In this document: positions 1 through 8,544 of the stretch, piece by piece
How positions within the stretch are numbered: position 1 is the first letter of the stretch
How the letters are laid out: every line of letters starts with the position of its first letter
Notes under the pieces: model-generated
Database searches by the model: none
Told to the model about the DNA's origin: nothing
Seen by the model: only the letters and a program-made list of their open reading frames with translations
Assembly: GCA_001314625.1 (NCBI GenBank)
Contig: LJSH01000003.1
Coordinates: 171,454 to 235,453 of the forward strand
Reading direction: 5' to 3'
Source of the DNA: Oceanicaulis sp. HLUCCA04
GTDB lineage: Bacteria > Pseudomonadota > Alphaproteobacteria > Caulobacterales > Maricaulaceae
DNA length: 64,000 bases
Made by a program: the position numbers and the translations under genes

Positions 1-131
1 CGTCGACAGGGCGCGCTGCGCTGCCTGATCCCGCACCGCTTGCCCTTGCGGAGCTGGGGAGCCTTGCTGCCGATTGTCTGGCCAGGGCGATTGCACGCGG
101 CGTCCATCACGCGTCCATGACCGATCTGTAA
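1..131 (+). CDS. 3' end of probable P1/S58 (DmpA-like) peptidase, truncated by window start
   Basis: Manual translation from position 3: STGRAALPDPAPLALAELGSLAADCLARAIARGVHHASMTDL*. LGSLAADCLARAIARGV resembles the C-terminal helix of S58 peptidases. Confidence 0.6.
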   Translation, partial: STGRAALPDPAPLALAELGSLAADCLARAIARGVHHASMTDL

Positions 132-163
132 GATTGGCTTATGTTGGTCTTCGCAAGATGAAT

Positions 164-189
164 GCAACCAAAACCGGCAAGCGTGCGTT
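164..189 (+). promoter_or_regulatory. Possible EcfG/sigmaT-type (general stress) promoter
   Basis: GCAAC-N17-CGTT, one mismatch to GGAAC-N16/17-CGTT, upstream of an acidic lipoprotein gene. Confidence 0.35.
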
Positions 190-365
190 GTTTCAGGGCG
201 GTATGTCTGGCGATTTATGGACCCTGAGGTTTGTTATTGCTTGACGGGAAGGCCGGAAACTGTTGGCGTTCCTTTGCGGTTATTCCGCAGGGGCTGCGAT
301 AGACCGGGGCACAAGACGCGCCGCCGGCCTCTCTGATGGACAGGTCACAGATGGAGATGATGACG

Positions 366-692
366 ATGAAGAAATTTGTTCTGGCTGCGTTTGCTGCAAG
401 CGCGATTCTGGCCGCCTGTGAGCAACAGGGTCCGGCAGAAGAAGCGGGCGAAGAGATCGATGAGGCAGTAGGCACCGAAGAGGAAAGCCCCGCTGAAGAG
501 GCGTGGGAGGATACTACGGACGCTGCTGACGACGCCTGGGACGCTACCACTGACGCCGCCGAAGACGCGGGCGATCAGATGGGCGAATGGGCTGATGAAG
601 CCGGTGACGCCATGGACGACTCCGCCGATGACATGGAAGAGTCTGCCGAGGAAGCCTCTGAGGATAACCCTGAGGATGGCGCGCCTGAATAA
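366..692 (+). CDS. Small highly acidic lipoprotein, hypothetical
   Basis: MKKFVLAAFAASAILAAC signal and lipobox, followed by D/E/A-rich quasi-repeats. Followed by a terminator. Start could be 357-366. Confidence 0.8.
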   Translation: MKKFVLAAFAASAILAACEQQGPAEEAGEEIDEAVGTEEESPAEEAWEDTTDAADDAWDATTDAAEDAGDQMGEWADEAGDAMDDSADDMEESAEEASEDNPEDGAPE

Positions 693-723
693 GGCAAACT
701 CCTTCTCACGCTGAGTATGCATC

Positions 724-757
724 AGCCCCGGACCGCAAGGTCCGGGGCTTTTGTTTT
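724..757 (+). terminator. Rho-independent terminator
   Basis: AGCCCCGGACC-GCAA-GGTCCGGGGCT 11-bp stem with GNRA loop, then TTTGTTTT. Confidence 0.85.
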
Positions 758-824
758 CCCGATTATTCCCGTTCTCATCCGGCGGACACCTTGTTACCCT
801 GATCATTGAGGGAAGGGGGACAGG

Positions 825-2324
825 ATGGACGCGCGAGCGTTTCCCATATGGCTGATGGTTGTGTTGATGGCGCTGTGCGGAACGGCCCAGGCGCGCCAGG
901 CGTGGGACGAGACCGATATCGCCGATCTGGCTGACGCGATTGGTGAGGCCTGGACACACGGCCTGACGCCTGACCACTACCCCTCTCCCGATGATGTGTC
1001 GCGACTGCCTGCGGGCGTGGAGCGTGACCGGCTTGCCCGCGAGGCCTTCATGGCGCTGGCCAGCGATCTTGCCGTCGGGCGGATAGACCCGCGCCGGCTG
1101 GAGCCGGACTGGACCGCGCCCCAGCGTCATCCCGATATCGCGCTTCTGCTGGCAACGGCCCTGCGCGAGAATACGGTTTTCGATACGCTCGAAGGGCTAA
1201 GCCCATCTCATCCGGACTACATGGCGCTGCGCCGGGAGCTGATCCGCCGCCATACCATCATGCAGGCGCACAGGCCCATTCCTGATGGTGAGCCGATAGA
1301 GCCCGGTGATAGCGGTGAACGGGTCGATGCCTTGCGCGCGCGGCTCTATCAGGAGGGGCTTCTGGCCCGGCAGGGTGAACCGGGTGCGCCGTTCGACGAG
1401 CGCGTCCGTACCGCGCTGATCCGGTTTCAGGCGCGCCACAATCTTGCCGCTGACGGCGTGGCTGGCAGCGCCACTTTGCGCGAGCTCAACACACCGCCGC
1501 GCCACCGGCTTGATCAGGTGCGGGCCAATCTGGAGCGCTGGCGCTGGGTGGCGCGTGATCTGGGCGAGCGCCATATCCGCGTCAACCTCGCCGATTACCG
1601 GCTGGAGGCGTGGTCGGGTGGCGAGCTGGAGCGGGTGCACCGCTCGATGATAGGGCGCGGCTATAGCCGCACGCCGGTCTTTTCCGAGGACATGACCTTT
1701 ATCGAGATCAATCCGGTCTGGTACACGCCAACCGGACTTGGCGCGCCGTGGCTGCGCCGGTTCCAGACCAATCCGGGCTATGCGCTGGCATCGGGCTACC
1801 GGCTGGTGGATTTGTCCACCGGCGCGGTCGTCAATCCGTCAGATGCCGACTGGGCCGGTCGGCGCTACCGCGTCATTCAGCTGCCGGGCAGTGGCAATTC
1901 GATGGGGGAGGTGAAGTTCATGTTCCCCAACATCCACAATATCTACATTCACGATACGCCCCAGCGCGCCCTGTTCGACAATGTGCAACGCAATGAGTCC
2001 TCGGGCTGTGTACGCGTCGACGAGCCGCGCGAACTGGCCTGGTGGGTGTTGCAGGGCGAGGAGGGCTGGACGAGGGAGGCGATGGAAGACGCGTTCGAGG
2101 CCGGACGCACACGCCGTGTCTGGCTGGACAATCCTGTTCCCGTCCACATTCTCTACTTCACGGCTGTCTCCGACCGTTTCGGGCAGGTCCGCTTCATCCA
2201 CGATATCTACGACCGCGATGATGCCCTCATCGCCGCTCTGGACGCCGATGCGCGCGGGGAGCCTCTGGAGGCGGAACTGGCGGACCCTGTGGAGGCCGTC
2301 GCTGACGTTCAGGTTAACCCGTGA
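825..2324 (+). CDS. L,D-transpeptidase (YcbB/LdtD-like) with peptidoglycan-binding domain
   Basis: Signal peptide; FQARHNLAADGVAG PG-binding motif; IYIHDTP...SSGCVRV catalytic His/Cys motif. Confidence 0.9.
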   Translation: MDARAFPIWLMVVLMALCGTAQARQAWDETDIADLADAIGEAWTHGLTPDHYPSPDDVSRLPAGVERDRLAREAFMALASDLAVGRIDPRRLEPDWTAPQRHPDIALLLATALRENTVFDTLEGLSPSHPDYMALRRELIRRHTIMQAHRPIPDGEPIEPGDSGERVDALRARLYQEGLLARQGEPGAPFDERVRTALIRFQARHNLAADGVAGSATLRELNTPPRHRLDQVRANLERWRWVARDLGERHIRVNLADYRLEAWSGGELERVHRSMIGRGYSRTPVFSEDMTFIEINPVWYTPTGLGAPWLRRFQTNPGYALASGYRLVDLSTGAVVNPSDADWAGRRYRVIQLPGSGNSMGEVKFMFPNIHNIYIHDTPQRALFDNVQRNESSGCVRVDEPRELAWWVLQGEEGWTREAMEDAFEAGRTRRVWLDNPVPVHILYFTAVSDRFGQVRFIHDIYDRDDALIAALDADARGEPLEAELADPVEAVADVQVNP

Positions 2325-2548
2325 CCGGCTCGAAGAAACACTGAACGCCCGGCCACGCGAAGCGCATTGCCGGGACCTCTCGCAGAACTGGCCGTAGGCT
2401 GCGGATAGCCCTTCGGGCTTGCGGGGGTTCAAATGCCATTGGCGTGGAGGCTCGAGCACCTCCTGCGGCTCACACATGCGTTTGCGCATTGCAGCAAGGA
2501 GCGCTAAACGCGTGAGCTTTCCATTGCCTTTGGGAGGCGCGCGAAACG

Positions 2549-3556
2549 ATGCGGCATTTTCTCACTACCGCAGACTGGTCGAGACAAGAGCTTCAGGGCC
2601 TGATTGACCGCGCGCGCGAGTTTCGCGCCAGCCCGCAGGGCGACGCCCTGAGGGGCAAATCCATTGCGCTGGTCTTCTTCAACCCGTCGCTGCGTACCCG
2701 CACTTCGTTTGATCTGGGCGCGCACCAGCTGGGCGGGCACGCCATCATCCTCGATGCGCGCGGCGGCACCTGGCCGGTCGAGTTTGAAGACGGCGTGGTC
2801 ATGGACGGCACCGCCGAGGAGCACGTGAAAGAGGCGGCGCGGGTGCTGTCCTCCTATGTGGACCTCATCGCCATTCGCTGTTTTCCGAAATTCGAGAACT
2901 GGACCGCCGAGCGCGAGGACCCGCTGATCAGCGCCTATGCGATATACGCCACCGTTCCGGTGATCAACATGGAGACGATCGTCCATCCCTGTCAGGAGCT
3001 GGCGCACATGATGGCGCTGCAGGACGAGATCGGCGATGTGCGCGGCGGCAATTACCTGCTGACCTGGGTGCCCCATCCCAAGCCGCTCAACACGGCGGTG
3101 GCCAATTCGGCGCTGCTGATCGCCTCCAAGTTCGGCATGAATGTGCGGCTGCTGATCCCGGACGAGGTCTACCGGCTCGATGCGCGCTACATGGATGCCG
3201 CCAACGGGTTCTGCGACGAGGCGGGCACCCGCTTCTCGGTGCATACCGATATCGCTGAGGCCTATGACGATGTGGATGTCGTCTACGCCAAGAGCTGGGG
3301 CGCGCTGCCCTTTTTCGGCCAGTGGGAGGGTGAGGCCCCCTACCGGGCGAAGGGCGCAGACTTCATGATCGATGATGCGAAAATGGCGATGACCAATGAC
3401 GCGCTGGTCAGCCACTGCCTGCCCATGCGGCGCAATGTGAAGATTGCCGACTCGGTTGTGGATTCGCCCAACTTCGTCGGTCTTGCCGAGGCGGAAAACC
3501 GCCTGCATGTGCAGAAGGCGATCATGGAAACCCTGGTCAGCGGGCGGGCACGGTGA
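2549..3556 (+). CDS. argF': N-acetylornithine carbamoyltransferase (Xanthomonas-type AOTCase)
   Basis: FFNPSLRTRTSF, HPCQEL, HPKPLNTAVANS and HCLPMRRNVK motifs typical of AOTCase rather than classical OTCase. Confidence 0.9.
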   Translation: MRHFLTTADWSRQELQGLIDRAREFRASPQGDALRGKSIALVFFNPSLRTRTSFDLGAHQLGGHAIILDARGGTWPVEFEDGVVMDGTAEEHVKEAARVLSSYVDLIAIRCFPKFENWTAEREDPLISAYAIYATVPVINMETIVHPCQELAHMMALQDEIGDVRGGNYLLTWVPHPKPLNTAVANSALLIASKFGMNVRLLIPDEVYRLDARYMDAANGFCDEAGTRFSVHTDIAEAYDDVDVVYAKSWGALPFFGQWEGEAPYRAKGADFMIDDAKMAMTNDALVSHCLPMRRNVKIADSVVDSPNFVGLAEAENRLHVQKAIMETLVSGRAR

Positions 3557-4908
3557 TCGATTCTTCTACCGGCACACCGGCACCCGAGCGCGGCGGAGCG
3601 GCCGTTCCGGTCCGCTCGGCCATTGTCCAGCTTCTCTCCCAGATGCGCGACGGCAAGGAGATACGCGAGTATCTCACCCGCTTCTCTCGCCTCGATCAGG
3701 AACGCTTTGCCGTCATCAAGGTCGGCGGCGCGGTGATGGAAGAGGAGATGGCAGCGCTGTCAGCCTCGCTGGCTTTCCTGCAGACAGTGGGGCTGGCTCC
3801 CATCGTTGTGCATGGCGGCGGCCCGCAGCTCGACAAGGCGCTGTCCGAAGCGGGTATTGAGACCGTGAGGAAGCAGGGCCTGCGCGTGACCCCGCCAGAG
3901 GCCATTCCGGTCATTCGCGATACGCTGACGCGGGTCAATCTCGAACTGGTGCAGGCGATCCGCGATTGCGGCGGTCGTGCCGCAGCAATCCCCAGTGGCG
4001 TGTTTGAAGCCCAGCTGATGGATGAGGCCGAGCTCGGCCGGGTGGGCGACCCGACACGCGTGCGCCTTGAGCTGGTTGCGGCGGCGGCGCGTGCCGGTCA
4101 GGCACCGATTCTCGCCTGCCTTGGCGATACCGCCGATGGCCGGCTGGTCAATATCAATGCCGATGCGGCGGTGCGCGCGCTGGTCCATGCGCTCCAGCCC
4201 TACAAGATCGTTTTCCTGACAGGGACCGGCGCGCTGCTGGATGATCAAGGCAAGCCCCTGTCGGCGATCAACCTGGCCACCGATTTCGAGGAGCTGATGG
4301 GCGCCGACTGGGTCTCGGGCGGGATGCGCCTGAAGATGGAGGAGATCAAGCGGCTGCTGGATGATCTGCCGCTCTCCAGCTCGGTCTCCATCACCAGCCC
4401 TGGCGAGCTGGCCAAGGAGCTGTTCACCCATGCCGGCTCCGGCACGCTGGTGCGCAAGGGTGAGCGCATGCTGGAGCTGACAGACAAGTCAGAGCTCGAC
4501 CGTACCCGCGCCAAGACGCTGATCGAGACTGCCTTTGGCCGTCCGCTGCTGGAGAGCTATTTCGATCAGCTTGTGTTCGACCGCACCTTCGTCACGGAAA
4601 GCTACCGGGCGGCGGCGATCACAGCCAAGCTTGATGATGTGGTTTATCTCGACAAGTTTGCGGTACTTGATGAAGCGCGCGGCGAGGGGCTGGGCGGGGC
4701 CGTCTGGCGCAAGCTGACCGCCTATGCGCCGAAGCTCTACTGGCGCTCGCGCAGCGATAATCCGATCAACGAGTTCTACTACGCGACCTGCCACGGCGCG
4801 GTGAAGACCGGCCAATGGACGGTGTTCTGGCGTGGGGAGACCGATTTGACACGCATCCCGGCCATGGTGGAGCGCATCGCCGCGCTGCCTGCGACGCTGA
4901 GGAGTTGA
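3553..4908 (+). CDS. argB: Bifunctional-type acetylglutamate synthase/kinase (AAK + NAT domains)
   Basis: VIKVGG, VHGGGPQ, NINAD kinase motifs; C-terminal YLDKFAVLDEARGEGLG...WRSRSDNPIN NAT domain; GTGA overlap with argF'. Confidence 0.9.
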   Translation: MIDSSTGTPAPERGGAAVPVRSAIVQLLSQMRDGKEIREYLTRFSRLDQERFAVIKVGGAVMEEEMAALSASLAFLQTVGLAPIVVHGGGPQLDKALSEAGIETVRKQGLRVTPPEAIPVIRDTLTRVNLELVQAIRDCGGRAAAIPSGVFEAQLMDEAELGRVGDPTRVRLELVAAAARAGQAPILACLGDTADGRLVNINADAAVRALVHALQPYKIVFLTGTGALLDDQGKPLSAINLATDFEELMGADWVSGGMRLKMEEIKRLLDDLPLSSSVSITSPGELAKELFTHAGSGTLVRKGERMLELTDKSELDRTRAKTLIETAFGRPLLESYFDQLVFDRTFVTESYRAAAITAKLDDVVYLDKFAVLDEARGEGLGGAVWRKLTAYAPKLYWRSRSDNPINEFYYATCHGAVKTGQWTVFWRGETDLTRIPAMVERIAALPATLRS

Positions 4909-4912
4909 CGCC

Positions 4913-5863
4913 ATGCTGACCGTCGGACTGGTGGGCGCGCGCGGACATACCGGCAAGGAGCTGGTGGCCATCCTGTCGCGCCGCAGTGATATGCGCCTTG
5001 TGTTCGCGTCCTCGCGCGCAATGGCAGGCGATCCGGTCTCTCGCCTGGCACCTGAAGCGCGCGATGGCCTGATTTTTGAAGCGATGGGGCCGCAGGACGT
5101 GGCCGCGCGCGGAGCAGACGCCGTGATCCTGGCCCTGCCCAATGGCGAGGCGGCCCCCTATGTGGCGGCCATCGAGGCAGTGGCGCCCCGGACCATCATT
5201 GTCGATCTGTCCGCTGATTACCGTTTTGACCCGGGCTGGACCTATGGCCTGCCCGAGCTTTACGGGCGCGACGCGCTCAGAGCCGCCACGCGTATTGCCA
5301 ATCCGGGCTGCTATGCCACGGCTGGCCAGCTGTGCGTGCATCCGGTGCGCGATCTCTTGAGCGGTCCGGCGCATCTGTTTGGCGTGTCGGGCTATTCGGG
5401 TGCAGGCACCACGCCCAGCCGCAAGAATGATGTCGAGGCTCTCAAGGACAACCTCATGCCCTACAGCCTGACCGGGCATCTGCATGAGCGCGAGATGAGC
5501 CGGCATCTGGACCATGAGGTGCGTTTCAGCCCTCATGTTGCCGCCTTCTTCCGCGGTATCACGATGACGGCGCAGCTCTCCTTTCGCGAGCCGGTGACGG
5601 CGCCTGCGCTGCAGGCGCGCTATCACGATGCGTATGAAGGCGAGCCGCTCATCCGCCTCATCGATACCATCCCCGAAATCCGCGACGGGCAGGACATGCC
5701 CGGTGCGGTCATTGGCGGCTGGTCCATCGGTGAGGGCGGGCGCCATGCCACGCTGGTGTGCGCGCTGGATAATCTCCTCAAAGGCGCGGCTGTGCAGGCG
5801 GTGCAAAACCTCGCGCTGGCGGCCGGGCTGGAGGAGCTGGGCGGTATCGCCGGAGCGGTGTGA
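4913..5863 (+). CDS. argC: N-acetyl-gamma-glutamyl-phosphate reductase
   Basis: VGARGHTG, DLSADYR, IANPGCYAT, GVSGYSGAG, LDNLLKGAAVQAVQN. Confidence 0.93.
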   Translation: MLTVGLVGARGHTGKELVAILSRRSDMRLVFASSRAMAGDPVSRLAPEARDGLIFEAMGPQDVAARGADAVILALPNGEAAPYVAAIEAVAPRTIIVDLSADYRFDPGWTYGLPELYGRDALRAATRIANPGCYATAGQLCVHPVRDLLSGPAHLFGVSGYSGAGTTPSRKNDVEALKDNLMPYSLTGHLHEREMSRHLDHEVRFSPHVAAFFRGITMTAQLSFREPVTAPALQARYHDAYEGEPLIRLIDTIPEIRDGQDMPGAVIGGWSIGEGGRHATLVCALDNLLKGAAVQAVQNLALAAGLEELGGIAGAV

Positions 5864-5947
5864 AGGTCACAATTTCGCGCGCGGGGCTTTCCCCGGCGCG
5901 GGTTTGCATCATCTACTGGGACGACGCAAACCACAGGATGACCCCTC

Positions 5948-6580
5948 ATGCGCTTTCTCACCTCTCTCGCCGCGCTGTGCCTGATTGCCTGCTCAGACAG
6001 CCCTGCCGGCTCCGCGCAAGAGGCTGGCGACCCCGATGCGATGCCGGAGGGACAGTCGCGCGCGATATTCGCCTCCGGCTGCTTCTGGTGCACCGAAGCC
6101 GATTTCGAGGATCTTGATGGCGTGATCGATGTAGTGTCCGGCTTCACCGGAGGCGATGTCGAAAACCCCGAATACCGCCAGGTGGTCAACGGCAATACCG
6201 GCCATGTCGAGGCGGTCGAGATCATCTATGATCCGCAAGCCGTTAGCTATGAAGCGCTGCTCTCCCACTATTGGCGCAATGTCGATCCGTTTGACGGCAG
6301 CGGTCAGTTCTGTGATCGGGGGCCCACCTATGCACCGGCGATTTTCACGCTTGACGAAACGCAGCGTGAGGCAGCCCAGGCGAGCCTGGCCGAGGTTGAA
6401 GCGCGCTTTGGCGAGGCGGTAGAGGTGCGTATCCGCGATGCGGAAATCTTCTGGCCCGCCGAGGCATATCATCAGGATTATGCGGACAATAATCCGATCC
6501 GCTATCAGCGCTACCGCTTCGGTTGCCGGCGCGACCAGCGGCTTCGCGAGGTGTGGGGTGATGAGGCGGGCGGCTACTGA
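5948..6580 (+). CDS. msrA: Peptide-methionine (S)-S-oxide reductase with lipoprotein signal
   Basis: GCFWCTE active site, GHVEAV, AEAYHQDY; N-terminal LCLIAC lipobox-like signal. Confidence 0.92.
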   Translation: MRFLTSLAALCLIACSDSPAGSAQEAGDPDAMPEGQSRAIFASGCFWCTEADFEDLDGVIDVVSGFTGGDVENPEYRQVVNGNTGHVEAVEIIYDPQAVSYEALLSHYWRNVDPFDGSGQFCDRGPTYAPAIFTLDETQREAAQASLAEVEARFGEAVEVRIRDAEIFWPAEAYHQDYADNNPIRYQRYRFGCRRDQRLREVWGDEAGGY

Positions 6581-8130
6581 GCGTCTGCCTCGCGCGCTTG
6601 CCAGATAGCATCCTCGAACGCCTGTGTACGCAGCGCCGGGCGGTAATCCTGCGCGAGGAAGAGCTGATATACCCGCTCGCGCCGGCCGCCCAGATCCACG
6701 CGGATTTCGCCCTGCGGGTCCATGCGCGCAAAATCCAGCGCCAGAACCGGCACCTCTATCGGGCGCTCGGATGCAATCAAAACCGGACCTGTAAAGCCGG
6801 CGGGTAGCGACCAGCCAAGCTCGGCATGGCTGGAGATGCCCGAATAGCGCACCCACATGTAAAGCTCGGCATCGATGCCCGTGCCATAGCGCTGCATCTG
6901 GTGGAAGTCGTTGCGGTTATCAAAAACAATTGCCTCGACGCCTGTGCGCTCCACCGCCTCGGCCAGACGTTCAGCCGTCTCCGGCCAGCCGCGCACGCGC
7001 TTGAAGGCATTGGCCATGCCCACCTGCTCGGTCAGGGCCGGGCTAAGGGCAAGCGTGGCCATGCTGAGCCCGGCGATGGTGTGTACCGCCACCGAGCCGG
7101 CCACAAGCCACCGGCGCCAGCGCGGCCCTTCCATCAGCAGGGCAACAACGATCAGGGTTCCGGCGGCATAGGCGCTGGCGGCCCATCCTGCGTGGGACCG
7201 GCTCAGGAAGGCCTGCGAGGTCACGACGATAATGGCCGGGGCGCAAAAGCTTGCCAGCATGACCAGGCGCGCATCAGCCTGTCCCGACAGCCAGCGCCGG
7301 GCGGTCCATACCAGAACGACGACCAGGACCGGAAACAAGACGGGGCCGAACACGCCCAGCTGGTCGAGCACAAAACTGATGGCGTGACCCGGATTGATCA
7401 GATCTTCGTCCCAGTTGGCGTTGGCAGCGGTATGGGACAGGGTCGCAAAATCGTTGCGCCAGTTCCAGATCAGGTTGGGCAGGACGATGAGAAAGGCCAG
7501 CGCGGCGGCGGCCAGCGTGCGGATCTGTAAAAGTGCCCGGCGCGAGACCGGATCAAGGATCGCCGCCAGCACCAGACCGGCAATGAAATAGCTCATCGCA
7601 TATTTGGCCATGATGCCCAGGCCAATGCCGGCACCCACGCCCAGCGCGCTGATCCAGCCGCCGCCGTCACGCAGGCGGATAAAGGCGTAAAGCGATGCAG
7701 ACCAGAACATCAGAAGGGCGGAATCGGTCGTCATCACGGCGGCTGAAAGCCAGACCGCAGGCAGGGTCAGCCAGACAATGAAGGACCAGAAGGCCGTGAC
7801 CGGACCGAACAGACGGTTGGCGCTCAGAGCGAGGAAGGTCGCGGTAATCGTATGAAGAATGGGTGCGGGCAGGCGCACCGCCCAGTCCGCATTGCCAAAC
7901 ACGCTGGTCGACGCAGCAATAATCCACGCGATGAGGGGAGGTTTGGAGAAATAGCCCCAGTCAACATTGCGCGACCAGATCCAGTATTGGGTCTCATCGG
8001 CATGAAGGGCGGAGGGGTAGAGGACGAGGCCCGTGATTCGCACGGCCAGCAATACCGCAGCAAACAGGCCCGCAATGAGGGCCAGTCTGGCGGCAGGAAT
8101 GGGAAACTGGCTGGCAGGGACAGGGTTCAT
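6574..8130 (-). CDS. ArnT/GT39-like (GT-C fold) membrane glycosyltransferase
   Basis: DETQYWIWS..DWGYFSKPP motif, multiple TM segments, AKY and PNLIWN motifs; start 8130 or 8166. Confidence 0.85.
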   Translation of the reverse strand: MNPVPASQFPIPAARLALIAGLFAAVLLAVRITGLVLYPSALHADETQYWIWSRNVDWGYFSKPPLIAWIIAASTSVFGNADWAVRLPAPILHTITATFLALSANRLFGPVTAFWSFIVWLTLPAVWLSAAVMTTDSALLMFWSASLYAFIRLRDGGGWISALGVGAGIGLGIMAKYAMSYFIAGLVLAAILDPVSRRALLQIRTLAAAALAFLIVLPNLIWNWRNDFATLSHTAANANWDEDLINPGHAISFVLDQLGVFGPVLFPVLVVVLVWTARRWLSGQADARLVMLASFCAPAIIVVTSQAFLSRSHAGWAASAYAAGTLIVVALLMEGPRWRRWLVAGSVAVHTIAGLSMATLALSPALTEQVGMANAFKRVRGWPETAERLAEAVERTGVEAIVFDNRNDFHQMQRYGTGIDAELYMWVRYSGISSHAELGWSLPAGFTGPVLIASERPIEVPVLALDFARMDPQGEIRVDLGGRRERVYQLFLAQDYRPALRTQAFEDAIWQAREADAQ

Positions 8131-8544
8131 GGCAGGCTGTTCCGGTTGGGCGTCAAAGAAGCGCACTCTTCTTCATAATCGCCCGCAGCGCAGAGTGCAC
8201 CCGCCTTGCGCGCCCTGGCACAGGCCAGCTGCAGATGGAGCGTTGCGCTTATGCCACGGTTGGCTGCCAGCCGCTGTCACGGGCCGCATGGGTTCGGCTC
8301 CGGCCGGGCAGCTGAACTGAGCGGTTTTGACATGAAGTAACGCCATATCATTCTGAAATTTCCGGTAAAAGCGCTGTCAGTCAGTCCGTGTGCGGCGTAC
8401 CGTCCTGTTAATAACCGGCACCCTATGAAACAAAACCTTCACACTCTTGTCACCTAACCGACTCGCAGCGTCCCTAAGCGGTCCCTCGAACGCCCGTAGT
8501 CCGGCGGGCTTCGTTTTTTTCAGGTCGATCCAGGGGGACATCCC

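Noticed and set aside
215-550. Ser-rich 111-aa minus-strand ORF
   Set aside because: Antisense shadow of the acidic lipoprotein codons
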